In this document: in pieces, positions 1 through 12,025 of the stretch | How the letters are laid out: each line of letters begins with the position of its first letter | Numbering within the stretch: position 1 is the first letter of the stretch | Assembly: GCA_008369845.1 (NCBI GenBank) | Contig: MRSU01010452.1 | Location: 1 to 64,000 of the forward strand | Source of the DNA: Trichomonas gallinae | Taxonomy: Eukaryota | DNA: 64,000 bases | Direction: 5' to 3' | Program-made: the position numbers and the translations under genes | Notes under the pieces: generated by a model | Told to the model about the DNA's origin: nothing | Database searches by the model: none | Seen by the model: the letters and a program-made list of their open reading frames with translations, nothing else

Positions 1-1063
1 ACGAGCCTGAGTTATAGCATATCCTCTGACATACAATCACAGGAATACTAGTTATAATGATTCAGAAGTTTTCAGAAAAAAATGAAAAATTATTTCTCAT
101 ACTCAATCACTTTTACAACCATTATTGATATATCCATTTCATTGTTCTATCAATGCATATTGTACCTCTATAATGACTTACAATTTTATCTTTTACTTCT
201 TGAAATAAAATATTTAGCTATTATATGGGAAAATCCGAAAATTGATTTAAACATTATCTTAATTATATAATATGAAATACATTCTTGCTCTATTTATGTC
301 ATTTTTTAATAAAGTCCAAAGTTTATATTTTCTTTTTATCAGATCAGAAACTGCAGAAAAGAAATTTTCTGATTTCCCCAAATCACAAAAGCAAGAGTAG
401 ATTTGCTTAGACTATCTCTTGGCGAAATTATCGTATCAATCAAAAAATGCAAATTTACTAACCTCAACAAAAAGATCCCTATCACTCATCAAAACACAAC
501 TTAGACATAGTGCTTTACATCTTTCCGTCATTTTTAAGGTTTGGTCTTGGAAATAATATTGTTCATCATCATCATCGGACATTAAAACAATCGATTTTTG
601 AATTCCTCCTATCTCACAACGCAAACGAAACGATTCTAAGTCGTTCAAAGATACATTATACAAAAAATGCAATTTTCTTGAAAAATATTGCATTCTCAAC
701 TCGTTTTATTATGTTTTTGTACTAAACAACTTACTGTTTAAACATAGCATTTTTGGTGGATATTATAGTATTGATGTTTGAATTGATAGCTTGATTATTG
801 GTTTGAATGATTTGAAAAGAAAGTACAAATATCTATCAAAATATGATGTTTTAGCAATGATATGATACATATTTAGGTCAGAATGATTTCATATAGTAAT
901 ATCGTGACTTCCAATGCATAATTGCTCGAAAATTGAATCAAAAATCAAAATAAACAGTTTAATAGAACAATTTTCGGCATAAAGTATCAGATATGAATGT
1001 TTCGTATATGATAATCATATGAAAAGCGTTAATATTAATTTGAATCAAACAAAAAGTATTTAT

Positions 1064-1873
1064 TTAAATGCTTTGCATTTCAGCAAGTTTTCTCTTATTC
1101 TCAGCTATTTCAAGTTCAAGTCTCTCAATCGAATTTTTCAAATTTGAATTCATTTCTTTTGCATTAGCAAGCTTGATTTCTTGTACGACAGCCGCGACCT
1201 CAAGCCTTTGAAGAACATAAACTACATTGGGGCGCTTATCTGGGTTGTGATGAGTTAATTCAACAATTAATTTTGCTAAATCTTTATTGAATGAGCGCAA
1301 TTTCCTTTCTTTTGAGCTACTGCTCATGTCGGAATCGTATGTCTCAAGTGTAATCATCTCGTATAATAAAACTCCAAGTTGAAACATATCATCTCGAGGT
1401 GTTAATTTCTCGTAATCTTCCATATTACATATACCTACTTTTATTGTTGATGCGTTTGGGCGAAAAACATTATCAGCTGTGATTCTTCCGTGTGAAATTG
1501 GCCTCGACTGAGTGTGAAGGTCGTATAAATCAATGCATATGCTTGCTATAAGTGTCCAAATGAAGTCTTCGGAGAATTTATTATTTGTTTCTTTAGTTTC
1601 GCGAATAATAACTTTTAAGTTGTTTTCTCCACAATAATCAAGACGTGCATTCAAATAGCCACTTTGTACTATAGGATTGTGAAATCTTGCTATCGTTTTC
1701 ATTGTCTGTGTCTTAGAAAGCATTTGATTATACCTAGAAACTAGATCAGATTTTTTCTGGTGATGGAGACCAACAAACGAGATTGATTTAATATAGAAGT
1801 TTTCGCCATCAGAAAGTCTCTTGTAGAGACCTGAGCGTTCTCCAAGTTCTTTTTCCTTTCGATAATCTTCCAT
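1064..1873 (-). CDS. NEK-like pseudokinase with C-terminal coiled coil
   Basis: Kinase-fold remnants (EDFIWTLIASIC, DMFQLGVLLYEMIT, PDKRPNV); HRD is replaced by HGR and DFG is absent; first ATG (MEDYRK) at 1873. Confidence 0.75.
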   Translation of the reverse strand: MEDYRKEKELGERSGLYKRLSDGENFYIKSISFVGLHHQKKSDLVSRYNQMLSKTQTMKTIARFHNPIVQSGYLNARLDYCGENNLKVIIRETKETNNKFSEDFIWTLIASICIDLYDLHTQSRPISHGRITADNVFRPNASTIKVGICNMEDYEKLTPRDDMFQLGVLLYEMITLETYDSDMSSSSKERKLRSFNKDLAKLIVELTHHNPDKRPNVVYVLQRLEVAAVVQEIKLANAKEMNSNLKNSIERLELEIAENKRKLAEMQSI

Positions 1874-2032
1874 TTCAATATTATTAAACGTGCACAAAAA
1901 TAAAAGTGACAAATTATCAATTTGACATGTAAAATTCAACAAATGTCACGTAAAGATTTGAAAAATAAAATGTGACAAATTAAAATCTTTGACATGTAAA
2001 TTTCGAAATGACGCGTAAAGAAATTAATTTTA

Positions 2033-2803
2033 ATGAGTAAGGAAAAAGAATGGATAGATTCATTAAAAGAGCACGTTCGGCCGACTGAAGAGACGCTCGT
2101 TGACTTTAGTCTTAGTGAGCCTCCTGCTGCTTCAGGAAATTTCCAACGTACTCCCCAGCAAGGATTGTTATCAACATTTTCTTCTTCATCTTCAGCAAAA
2201 CAAAAAAAATTTAAAGTAGAAGTTGCAAGAGAGAATCATCCACCTCCACCTGCACCAAAACATGTGGAACCAATTACGCCTCCAGTTAAAGAAAATATCA
2301 AAACAATTAACTTTCATCATGGAGTTAAAAAACCATTTCACGTCGAATTTTGCTTTGGTACTGATGAAAAATTTGAAGGATTTAGGCATCCAAATACACC
2401 ATTTTGCATACCTTCATTCAAATTATCAAGGCCAGAGTTCTTTAGAGGTGAGATTGACGAAGAACCACATCCAAATGAAGTTCATTCGTTTCCTGCTCAG
2501 ATATATCGCGTTTCAAAAGATGAAGCCACAAATAAAGAATCATATGTTGACATTGGAACCGGTTCTGTATCACTACAGCATTCTGATGGATCATATATTC
2601 TCGAACTTAATGTTGATTTTGCTCATCCTTCACTAAGATTAATTAAAGGCGTACAACCAAGAATCAAGCAAGATTGTTTCGTACAAATATTTGTTGAGCA
2701 ATTACCAGCAAAAGAGCCTTCTATCTACTTGATTCGCTGTTCAAGCGCAACAGATGCGCAAGATTTTTGCAAAATTGTCTCGGATTGCGTCGCATTGTTT
2801 TAG
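2033..2803 (+). CDS. Protein with C-terminal RanBP1/PH-like domain
   Basis: 256-aa ORF; FPAQIYRV...YVDIGTGSVSL resembles a Ran-binding domain. Confidence 0.55.
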   Translation: MSKEKEWIDSLKEHVRPTEETLVDFSLSEPPAASGNFQRTPQQGLLSTFSSSSSAKQKKFKVEVARENHPPPPAPKHVEPITPPVKENIKTINFHHGVKKPFHVEFCFGTDEKFEGFRHPNTPFCIPSFKLSRPEFFRGEIDEEPHPNEVHSFPAQIYRVSKDEATNKESYVDIGTGSVSLQHSDGSYILELNVDFAHPSLRLIKGVQPRIKQDCFVQIFVEQLPAKEPSIYLIRCSSATDAQDFCKIVSDCVALF

Positions 2804-3097
2804 TTAGTTATGCTTACCATATATTATTTTGTACTATAGTTAAATAGAGTGTTTTTGTTTTTATATTTAATTTTAACATTTTTTCTTTTTCAATGATACA
2901 TTATCATGCATGCTTATTACCATTATAATAGTCATAATAAAAGGGATTTTCATGATAAAACACGTTTTTACAAAAAAATAATATCAATATCTTAACAAAA
3001 AAACCTATAATCATATATAAATATGAATGAAATCTGCATATTGATAATCAAATATAACTAGTATAACTTTAATATATACAAACAATGATATATAAAA

Positions 3098-4393
3098 TTA
3101 TTCTTCGCCTTCTTCAAGAAATTGACGGAGTAAATTTAAAGTTTCAGACTGCAAATCAAGTTCATCGTAAATATAATCGATAAACTCTGCTTCTCTAATA
3201 TAATTCATCCATTCGATATTTGTCCTGTTAATATCAATAAATCTAATTAATTTATTGGTATAATACTCAATGTATTCGTCTGCTGTTTGAATGTCATCTG
3301 AGATTCTATCAATAACAGGTTTAAACATTTCATCAGTCAATGATTTGTTTTCTGACAATAAAATGACTAAATCGAATATGAAATCAACTATTCCAGCCTT
3401 ATTATGCTGCGTGAAATCTGGTGTCACTCTCATGATTATATCAAGTAAAATGACTGCATTTTGGGAATTTGGCGTGCCTCTATAGAAATCAACTAAAAGA
3501 GCCATTAGAGACATGAATTCATCTTGTTTTTCTTGGAAATTCGTCATAACTTCTGTGAGATAATGAAAATAAAAATCATAATTTATGAATTTCATGAATT
3601 CTTGACTCCTCTTATTCAAAGTTAGAAATAATTTTGGATTAAAAGAAATTCGCGCATCTGATAGATTGGTAATTGTAAAAATATTTACAAAATTATCTGA
3701 ATTCGGTTGATTTGCATAACTTAATAACATTTCTAGATGAAATTCGCCTTTGATGCTTTCTATTAGTGCAGTGTAATAGCTTCTATAGATTGGTTGAATG
3801 TTCAAAATTGTATCAGATATTGCAAGTAATATTTTTTGTTGAAACTCCTGTGAAAAATCAATTTGACTAATACTGCAAATGTAAAATGCGCTTGGATAAA
3901 CCATTTCAGCATCATATCTTCTTTTTTTGATTATTTCTATGAAAGTATCTGTATATTTCAACAGTATCGATTTATTTTTCGTTTCTAAGATATATGAGTC
4001 GAGAATCTTGAATGCTTGCTCCAAATTTGCGTTATAACTAAAATAAAATTCTATATATGACGAAATCGCATCTTCTGGAGCTTCTGCAAGTACTCCTGGT
4101 GTTTGTGATATGTAATTTATCAAGTAAATTAGCTTCTCTTTATATTGATAATCAGGGGCCAAAGTAACGTTGTCCATTAGATACTGAATAAGCGGTACTA
4201 ACGTTTCATTAAAAGGAAGCGGTGGTAAGTTATATTGTTTCACTGTTTTTTTAAATTCTTTAATCGCATAATATGAATCATCGTCATCTGCTAGAATTTT
4301 GTGGACCAATACATACACATGGGTGTAAATTTCATCCAGGTTTTCCGAATTTTCATGATTCGCCTTGCTTTCGCCTTCATCCTTATATTCCAT
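3098..4393 (-). CDS. Hypothetical alpha-helical protein
   Basis: 431-aa ORF starting at ATG. Confidence 0.75.
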   Translation of the reverse strand: MEYKDEGESKANHENSENLDEIYTHVYVLVHKILADDDDSYYAIKEFKKTVKQYNLPPLPFNETLVPLIQYLMDNVTLAPDYQYKEKLIYLINYISQTPGVLAEAPEDAISSYIEFYFSYNANLEQAFKILDSYILETKNKSILLKYTDTFIEIIKKRRYDAEMVYPSAFYICSISQIDFSQEFQQKILLAISDTILNIQPIYRSYYTALIESIKGEFHLEMLLSYANQPNSDNFVNIFTITNLSDARISFNPKLFLTLNKRSQEFMKFINYDFYFHYLTEVMTNFQEKQDEFMSLMALLVDFYRGTPNSQNAVILLDIIMRVTPDFTQHNKAGIVDFIFDLVILLSENKSLTDEMFKPVIDRISDDIQTADEYIEYYTNKLIRFIDINRTNIEWMNYIREAEFIDYIYDELDLQSETLNLLRQFLEEGEE

Positions 4394-5014
4394 TAAAAAA
4401 TGACATGTAAACTTTCTACCATATCTTTCTTTTATGATGATTCTAACATTAGAAACTGATCAAAAAAATAACAAACAGCTTTTAACCATGTAATACATCA
4501 TTAATAATTGCCCTAATGCCAAATTTACCGCATAAATAGAGTAAAAAAACTCAATGAATTATATAATATAGAAAATCTAGGTTTACGAAAGGAAAAATCT
4601 AAATGGAAGAATATGTCTTTGTATGCATATCAATTCTTGCATAAAGCAAGAAATTATGAGATGATTTTACATGACAGATTGCCATATTTAGTATAATTTT
4701 GAACAATTTACATGTCAGATTGATTGCTTTTTGACAAAACATAACTAAGCTCGACGTTTTTGAGCACAAGTTTATTAGCAAAAAGTGAAACTAATACAGT
4801 GTTTATGAAATCAATACGTCTAAAAGTTTTCATTATATATTATACCGTCACTTGCCCATCGGATATGACATTGCTTCAAGGTCATGAATGGCATTTGAAA
4901 TTTGACGAATAAATTATTTATATGACAAATTTCGATTAATTTACATTTTTCAAATATTTACATGACAAAAATTGATATTGTCACTTTTCGGTGTAAAGTT
5001 TTTTCTAATTGAAT

Positions 5015-7519
5015 ATGAGTGATATCTCGAGCATTGTTCCTCGAGAATTGCTGCCGTATTCAGTTGACCTGAGCGAGTTTAAGATGGGCGACAGTATAGG
5101 TGCTGGCGCTTTCGGTGAAGTATTCCTCGCAACTCACATAAACACGCAAAAAAAATGCGCTATTAAGAAACTATACACGAAAGAGTTGAAGGGACAAGAT
5201 CTCAAGCTCTTTACGCGTGAAGCGGAGATATTATCTCAATGTAACAACAGATTCCTTTTGCCATTCTTCGGATGCACGCTAAAATATCCGTTTTCAATCA
5301 TCACACAGTATATACCTAACGGCACACTATTCAACGCCCTCAGACACAAAGAAGGTTCGCCTGACCTTTCAGCTACAAATAAAACAATCATCGCGTTTGG
5401 CATTGCAAGAGGAATGCAGTACTTGCACGATCACGATATCATCCACAGAGATATAAAATCGAGAAATATTTTACTAAACGAAGACTTTTATCCAGTTATC
5501 TGTGATTTTGGCTTAAGCAGAAGAATTGACGAGCTAGAACATATAGACGCGAACGCAACAATGACAAGAGATGTCGGCACGCCTCATTATATGGCTCCAG
5601 AACTGATTTCAAACAAACCTTACGATTTCAAAATCGATGTTTACGCTTACGGCATAATTTTATGGGAAATGCTCACAGAAGACAAACTCTACAAAGGCAT
5701 GTCCGATATCCAAATCGCTTACGCGGTCACACAGAAAGAAGAAAGGCCGCAATTACCGTCGATTATTCCAAATGGACTAAAATCGCTTATTTCTCGGTGC
5801 TGGCACCAAGATCCGGAGAAACGTCCTACTTTCAAAGACATTGTTAAAGAATTCAGAGATGGAAAAGTTTCATATCTCGGAACTAACTCAGAAGAGTTCA
5901 AAAAGTTCCTCAGACGTATAAGGCACTCACCAGACAGCCCCAGGCCATCAAAACGAGTCTCTCTCAGATCAACATCTTCATCTACGACGCCGATGCCTGT
6001 TCTCGAGGGCAGGAGAAAATCTCTGCCTCGTATATCACAGCCAAAGTCAACGGGACACAGAAAATCGAAATCTACAATTTCTTCGAAAAGTTCGGAATCT
6101 ACAGACTGGGTTTTAGTTCTTAATCCATCAGATCCTGAGTTTATCAACAACTACTTCAAGGCAATCGAATCGATTGACGCAATTACGGCAAAAGAGTTCT
6201 TTATTGTCATGAGAGAAATTATTAATATTATTACAGACGTAAATGTTCAAATTCGCGTGATTCTTCCATTAATCAGGGTTATTTCCAAAGATGTCAACAT
6301 CCTAAGGGCAATGATTGAATCAGGTCTTTATTTTTCGCTGCCAATGAAACATAAAAAAGTTCGTGAAGGAACATTAATGGTTTTCCTCATCTCAATGACA
6401 TTCTTTCCGTCAATAATGAACAGAGATTTCTTAAATCTCTTAAAACCCTTCATTACAGAAAATCCATTGCAAATTATTAAATTAATACAGCTTTTCTTTC
6501 GTCCTGGCGATCATTTGGCCGCAATGAAAGATTCTGTAGACTTCATCATCGAAAATTCCCGCGATTTCTTAAAATTAGGCGGAATTGATTACATCAGACT
6601 CTTAAATACAGTTTTCACACAGAATGAAACAGCTCTGACACCGAGATTCATGGATTTCGTTGAAATATTTATGCGAGGCATCCAAAACTCAAGCGAAGAA
6701 GTCGTCTGTGAATCGTATAAATTTTTGATTAATAATTTCGACGCAAGAATTGAAATCAAGCCAGAAATAATCGAAAAGCATCTTTCAATCGACTCACTGT
6801 GTGATGTTGTTGCATCATATCTGATCAGAAAGCCAGCAATAGAAATAACAGACACAATTGTTCAAAAATTAATTCTCGTTGCATCAAAATCGCGTGTTGC
6901 ATACTATGAGATACTAGATTTGTTCTGCGACAACCAGCATGAAGTCGGCAACGTGCTACTGAAGTACTCCAAGAAGTGGATGCTCGAGAAAGACTTATCA
7001 ATCGACGACAGACTCGCCGTGATTATCATGATTGCGTCGACGAAAAAGCTGAGGCCGAAACTCGCACAGTCATCATCCTTCTGCAAGCTTTTGATCAGCG
7101 CGCTGGACAACAACACGGCCGAGCTGATCTACCCTGTCACGAGCATTCTGATCAAAATGGTCGACCAGCCGAAGTTTTACATCAAACTTTCATCGACTGA
7201 CTTCTTCAAGAAATATATTATAACAGTCAACAAGTTCAAACTGCCAGAACTAGTCAAAGGAATGATCGGATTGTTCGAGACAATATCGCGAAATGTCTTC
7301 ATCGACGACATCCTTCTCTACGTCCCTGAGATGTTCGAGATGCTGAAAGATGAGTCTGAGTTTACATTCCCGGCTCTATCGGCATTGACTGTTTTGTCTA
7401 TGAACGAGAAGGTCAAAGAGCTTCTGAAGACATATGACTTCGCGCAAGTTTTGCATGACTTGAGGCAGGTGTCAAGCTACAAGAATTACGTGGCTTCTTT
7501 GCAGCAGAACTTATCATGA
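5015..7519 (+). CDS. TKL-family protein kinase with ARM-like C-terminal region
   Basis: GAGAFG, AIKK, HRDIKSRN, DFG, GTPHYMAPE, CWHQDPEKRPTF. Confidence 0.92.
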   Translation: MSDISSIVPRELLPYSVDLSEFKMGDSIGAGAFGEVFLATHINTQKKCAIKKLYTKELKGQDLKLFTREAEILSQCNNRFLLPFFGCTLKYPFSIITQYIPNGTLFNALRHKEGSPDLSATNKTIIAFGIARGMQYLHDHDIIHRDIKSRNILLNEDFYPVICDFGLSRRIDELEHIDANATMTRDVGTPHYMAPELISNKPYDFKIDVYAYGIILWEMLTEDKLYKGMSDIQIAYAVTQKEERPQLPSIIPNGLKSLISRCWHQDPEKRPTFKDIVKEFRDGKVSYLGTNSEEFKKFLRRIRHSPDSPRPSKRVSLRSTSSSTTPMPVLEGRRKSLPRISQPKSTGHRKSKSTISSKSSESTDWVLVLNPSDPEFINNYFKAIESIDAITAKEFFIVMREIINIITDVNVQIRVILPLIRVISKDVNILRAMIESGLYFSLPMKHKKVREGTLMVFLISMTFFPSIMNRDFLNLLKPFITENPLQIIKLIQLFFRPGDHLAAMKDSVDFIIENSRDFLKLGGIDYIRLLNTVFTQNETALTPRFMDFVEIFMRGIQNSSEEVVCESYKFLINNFDARIEIKPEIIEKHLSIDSLCDVVASYLIRKPAIEITDTIVQKLILVASKSRVAYYEILDLFCDNQHEVGNVLLKYSKKWMLEKDLSIDDRLAVIIMIASTKKLRPKLAQSSSFCKLLISALDNNTAELIYPVTSILIKMVDQPKFYIKLSSTDFFKKYIITVNKFKLPELVKGMIGLFETISRNVFIDDILLYVPEMFEMLKDESEFTFPALSALTVLSMNEKVKELLKTYDFAQVLHDLRQVSSYKNYVASLQQNLS

Positions 7520-7852
7520 TTTGTTTTATTTTTATTTGTATGTGTTTTATGTTTTTGTTTTAAAAATAATGTTTGAATCATCACCATTTTGACATTGAAT
7601 TTATCTTAATATTGCTCATCTTTTTGCAGCTCCAAACTTTCAAATTCACTGCTGATTTTATATAAAATTCATATATGAAAGCTTGAAAGATTTTGCATGA
7701 AACATCATCCACAAATATAATGATATATGATTGTTGCCTGATTCATGATAGTTGCACTAATGATAAAAAATCATGTATAACACACATTATTAATAACATA
7801 TTTACATATATATATGAATATATTAATAAAACAAACAAAATAAAAAAAAATA

Positions 7853-10800
7853 TTAACGCTTCGACTTGAATGCCTCTATATATCTATAAGCATAGTCTTG
7901 TGCAGCATCAACAATTGCTTCATTCAGTGCATGACTTATCAAATCATCTAGGTTTTCTTCGTTGTTTTGATATGCATCTGCAATTGATATCTCGATATCT
8001 GTGCTACTGCTGGCGTGAGTCTTAGGTGGTGGTCCAAAAAGGGTCTCATACTCTTCCTCTGAGTCTTCCTCAATGAACGGCTCTAGCTCTGTTGTGTTTG
8101 GTGCAGCTTCTTCATTGTCGCTGTCTCCTGGTTCTCTAAACACATCAAATAGCAATGCGTCAAGATTCAACTCTTTCAACAACATCTGATTTGGAATATT
8201 ATACTCATGATGATCTTCTTCGTCTTCTTCTTCATCTGGAATAGCTTGTTCTGGGATGTAATCTTGTTGATCTGCATCAACAAACTGTATTGAATTGAGC
8301 AAGGCATCAAAGTTCAACTCTTTTCCAAGAATTTCTTTAATCTCATCTTTATTTTCTTTTGGTTTCTTTTCTTTCTTTTCTTCTGTAGTATTATTTGAAG
8401 CTCCAAACATGATATTCAATGCTGATACTAAAACATTGTCCAAGTCATTAAGGATATATTGATCGAATTCAGATGTCTCAGCATTTTCTTCCTCTTCTTT
8501 TGGAATTTCTTCCACATCTTTTTCCTCAGCGACTTCTGCTATTTGTTCTTTTTCTTCTTCTTCTGGAATTTCTTCCATATTGTAATCGAAAATGATATTG
8601 GTGAAGTTTTCAAAAATACTATTGATTGAGACTTCATATTTGAAGATTTCTGCTGAGAAGTATGAATAATCGAAAACAAACAAAGGCTTGACTGGTTCTG
8701 GGCTTTGTAGTGGTTCAAAAACAGTCACAGGAGGGAGATTGACTTCTGCTGGGCCAGATTTGAAACTATTTTCTTCCAATACCTTTGGCTTCGAGTCGGG
8801 TGAAGTAACAGGAACGCTTATCATTGCAAATGCGCTGTCATTTGATGTCGGATCTGTAGATGATGTAGGATCTGCAGTTAACGTTGGATCTGCAAAAGAT
8901 GTATGGTCTCCAGTTGATGCTGGATCTACAGTTAATGCATCTTCGTCGTCGTCATCATCTTCAAACAAAAACTCTGCATCAGACATGCTTAGTTCTTCTT
9001 CATCTTCGACTTGAGCAAAGAAAATCATATTGAAAGTATTTGTTGGAATAGAATTAGATGTTGCTATAATTTGTGCAGTGAGTGATAAATCAACGCCGTT
9101 CATTATCCACTGCATATCAAGGTCGTCTTCACATGGAACACTCATGTCTCTCTTTTGTTCAAATAAGTCGTCCTTGTTATCGAAGACAATGCTTGACCCA
9201 TGCGTGTTCAATCCATCTGAATCAGAGTCCTCAGAGAGAAGATTGAGTTTCTCAACATCAGTGACGAATGATGGCACAGGAATCTTTGTGCGCAAAGGTA
9301 CATCAACAATTGATTCTGCTTCATTTTCTTGTTGATGAGAAATTAAAGATTTTTCTTTGTCTTTTTGTTGGCGAGAAATAAATGATTCAAACACATTCTC
9401 GTGTTCACGAGAAATAAATGACTCATCTTCGCTTTCATATTGATGAGAGATTATAGATTCTTCTTCTTCATTCTCTGGCTGATCAGAAATAAATGACTTT
9501 TCTTCGTTTTCTTGTTCACGAGAAATTAATGATTCATCGAGATATTGTATATTTGCATTGACAGCTAATAACGCCACATTTATTACTGATTTTGTTAGAT
9601 AAGTTGAAATTATTGATTCTTGTTCTTCGTTTAATTGATAAGGAATTAATGATTTTTCTTGACATGAAATAAATGATTCATCGAGATATTGTATATTTGA
9701 AATGACGGCTGATAAAACAACATTTCGTATTGTATCTGTTAATGATGTTGAAATTATTGTTTCTTCTTCGTAATTTAGCTGATAAGGAACAATTGATTTT
9801 TCGTGTTGATCAGAAATTATTGATTCATTCATAAGCTGACGAGGAATAAATGATTCATCATCTTTTTCATGTTCAAATGAATTGAATGACTCTTCTTCAT
9901 GAGAAATTGTTGTTTCTTCTTCATTTTCTTCTATTTGATCAGAAATAAATGACTCTTCTTCGATTTCTTGTTCATGATAAATTAATGACTCTTCTAGACA
10001 TTGTATATTAGAATTGACAGTTGAAAATGCAACCTTTCTTATTGTATCTGTCAATGCCGTTGAAAAGTTGATTGTGTCTAAAAGGTCTGTGTTAAACAAA
10101 TCAACGTTGAACTGCATTATATCGAACTTGAAGACAAAGTTGTGCCTGATCATGTTAAGAATTGCTGCATCAAAGCTGCGATCGAATGTATTCAACGAGC
10201 TCTGATTAAGATTGAAAATACACAAATATCTTGCAGCGTGAAGAGAATCAACAGTTTCACAAACAATGTCATTAACGGCATCGAAATCTGGTAGATATTC
10301 TTCGACGAATAAATCATTTTCATCGAATGTTGTGCATTTAATAACAGGTGGAAGCTTAATCTGTGATATTCTGTTCATTGCATCCACATCAAGCTTAACT
10401 ATATCATCAAATTTCTGTAATTTGGTTTGTTTCGTGACTTGATTTAATAATTTTTCATTAATTGGAATATTTTCTCTTGATTTGATGTTAATAAGATGAT
10501 TTACCATTTCTAGTGGGTTAACTAAGTCTGAGAAATCGAAATCAATGTCATATGAAGAAGTTTCAAGTGGAATTTCAACATTTTCGAAGTTTTCGATGTT
10601 TGGCAGCACAGGATACTTCTTAGGAATGAATATTACGTCATCAATCATTTCTCCGACTTCAAGACCAACTTCTTCTGCTAAAATCATGTTGTTTTCATAT
10701 TTCATGTTGATTAAATCTTCGAAAACATCGAGTTTGATGTCTATTTCTGGTTTGAATATATCTAGTGATCTATTGAATGGAGATCTCATGATCAAATTGA

Positions 10801-12025
10801 GCTCTGGCACAGTTTCTATCATATTATTTGTAAGATTTGATGAAATTCCACGCCAATTCATAAATACCTTGAATAAAATGAGGTTATTTTCTCTTGTTCT
10901 ATGCTGGAACTGAATAAAAGCATTTTGGATCGTTTTTGCAGCTTCGTTTTGGATATGTTTCGAAACATCTCTTAAAACTCCGTTAAAATGTGATTTGACG
11001 AACACATTCGAATATTTCACAATGTGCATGCGTTCATTCCACTTTCTAATATACATTCTAAGCATATTTGACTGAATTGTTTTATTTAATTTGATTCTTG
11101 CATTTTCAAGGTTCTGCTTTCTCTTAAAAAGAATATATTTGTCCTTAAAATGCCTAAACAGCTCTGCAACTGCATCTTGACGCTTCATTTTCTTGCAATT
11201 TTGAATCGAAATTTGAACTAAGGCTTTAACAGTGAGTTTTCTCCATATTTCTCGTTTTTCTAGCCATCTTTTGCCTGCTTTGAACAGTTCTCTTTTGTTA
11301 GATTCGTTGATATTAAAAGCAAATCTTTCGAATTTTCTCTGAAGATCGAATTTTCGCTTTGCTGCTGCGAATATGTCATGGCTCTTGTGTAGTGTCAAAA
11401 AACTATTAAATTTTTTCCATTTTTGATATATTTTATTTGATTGAATTGCTTGTTGTCTCATTCTGATTATATTTGCTTTTATGGCCTTCTCAGCTACGTT
11501 AAACCAAAAATCAAAGCACATGTCTCGTGTGAATTTCAGTTTAATGCAAACGAACTTCCAATTTTTTAGAATTTCAACTAGGAACTGATTTTGGTGAAAT
11601 TCACGAAAAGCCTGTGCTTTTTGCGTGATCTGTATGTAATGGATTGCAGCGTTTAGTAAAATACTCCATTTTTTAACTGGACTTTGATATTCGATACTTT
11701 GAATGTTTTTCATGTAATATCTATGTAGTATTTCACGTACTATTCTTCTCCACTCGTGTATTACCTTCATTTTATTGAAATATAACGACTTTTTAAATAA
11801 TGTTAATTTTCTTGTAGATGAATCGTAAATTTGTAATTGTTTCATGTTTCTTATTGTCACTTTCAGTAGTATTCTATTCTTAAAATCAATCCATATCGAT
11901 TTAAATTTTAAATTTCGATCTATATCTTGTGATGGAATGGAAATACTGTTGTGATTATCTGTATTTTTATGATGATGCCGCCCCTTCCCCTTTTTCTTAG
12001 AAGAAATAGAGGATCTTTCCGACAT
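7853..12025 (-). CDS. Large protein: basic Trp-periodic (Sfi1/IQ-like) N-terminus and acidic repetitive C-terminus
   Basis: ~1390-aa ORF; repeated K/N-W-K/R helices, AAKTIQNAF IQ-like motif, EESFIS repeats. Confidence 0.7.
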   Translation of the reverse strand: MSERSSISSKKKGKGRHHHKNTDNHNSISIPSQDIDRNLKFKSIWIDFKNRILLKVTIRNMKQLQIYDSSTRKLTLFKKSLYFNKMKVIHEWRRIVREILHRYYMKNIQSIEYQSPVKKWSILLNAAIHYIQITQKAQAFREFHQNQFLVEILKNWKFVCIKLKFTRDMCFDFWFNVAEKAIKANIIRMRQQAIQSNKIYQKWKKFNSFLTLHKSHDIFAAAKRKFDLQRKFERFAFNINESNKRELFKAGKRWLEKREIWRKLTVKALVQISIQNCKKMKRQDAVAELFRHFKDKYILFKRKQNLENARIKLNKTIQSNMLRMYIRKWNERMHIVKYSNVFVKSHFNGVLRDVSKHIQNEAAKTIQNAFIQFQHRTRENNLILFKVFMNWRGISSNLTNNMIETVPELNLIMRSPFNRSLDIFKPEIDIKLDVFEDLINMKYENNMILAEEVGLEVGEMIDDVIFIPKKYPVLPNIENFENVEIPLETSSYDIDFDFSDLVNPLEMVNHLINIKSRENIPINEKLLNQVTKQTKLQKFDDIVKLDVDAMNRISQIKLPPVIKCTTFDENDLFVEEYLPDFDAVNDIVCETVDSLHAARYLCIFNLNQSSLNTFDRSFDAAILNMIRHNFVFKFDIMQFNVDLFNTDLLDTINFSTALTDTIRKVAFSTVNSNIQCLEESLIYHEQEIEEESFISDQIEENEEETTISHEEESFNSFEHEKDDESFIPRQLMNESIISDQHEKSIVPYQLNYEEETIISTSLTDTIRNVVLSAVISNIQYLDESFISCQEKSLIPYQLNEEQESIISTYLTKSVINVALLAVNANIQYLDESLISREQENEEKSFISDQPENEEEESIISHQYESEDESFISREHENVFESFISRQQKDKEKSLISHQQENEAESIVDVPLRTKIPVPSFVTDVEKLNLLSEDSDSDGLNTHGSSIVFDNKDDLFEQKRDMSVPCEDDLDMQWIMNGVDLSLTAQIIATSNSIPTNTFNMIFFAQVEDEEELSMSDAEFLFEDDDDDEDALTVDPASTGDHTSFADPTLTADPTSSTDPTSNDSAFAMISVPVTSPDSKPKVLEENSFKSGPAEVNLPPVTVFEPLQSPEPVKPLFVFDYSYFSAEIFKYEVSINSIFENFTNIIFDYNMEEIPEEEEKEQIAEVAEEKDVEEIPKEEEENAETSEFDQYILNDLDNVLVSALNIMFGASNNTTEEKKEKKPKENKDEIKEILGKELNFDALLNSIQFVDADQQDYIPEQAIPDEEEDEEDHHEYNIPNQMLLKELNLDALLFDVFREPGDSDNEEAAPNTTELEPFIEEDSEEEYETLFGPPPKTHASSSTDIEISIADAYQNNEENLDDLISHALNEAIVDAAQDYAYRYIEAFKSKR
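9330..10060 (-). repeat. Intragenic degenerate tandem repeats
   Basis: ESFIS/ESIIS/KSLIS units and three copies of STxLTxxxxxVxxSxVxxNIQxLxES. Confidence 0.75.

Noticed and set aside
270..725. Short overlapping ORFs, possible gene relic
   Set aside because: No ATG start or recognisable domain; stops interrupt the frames.
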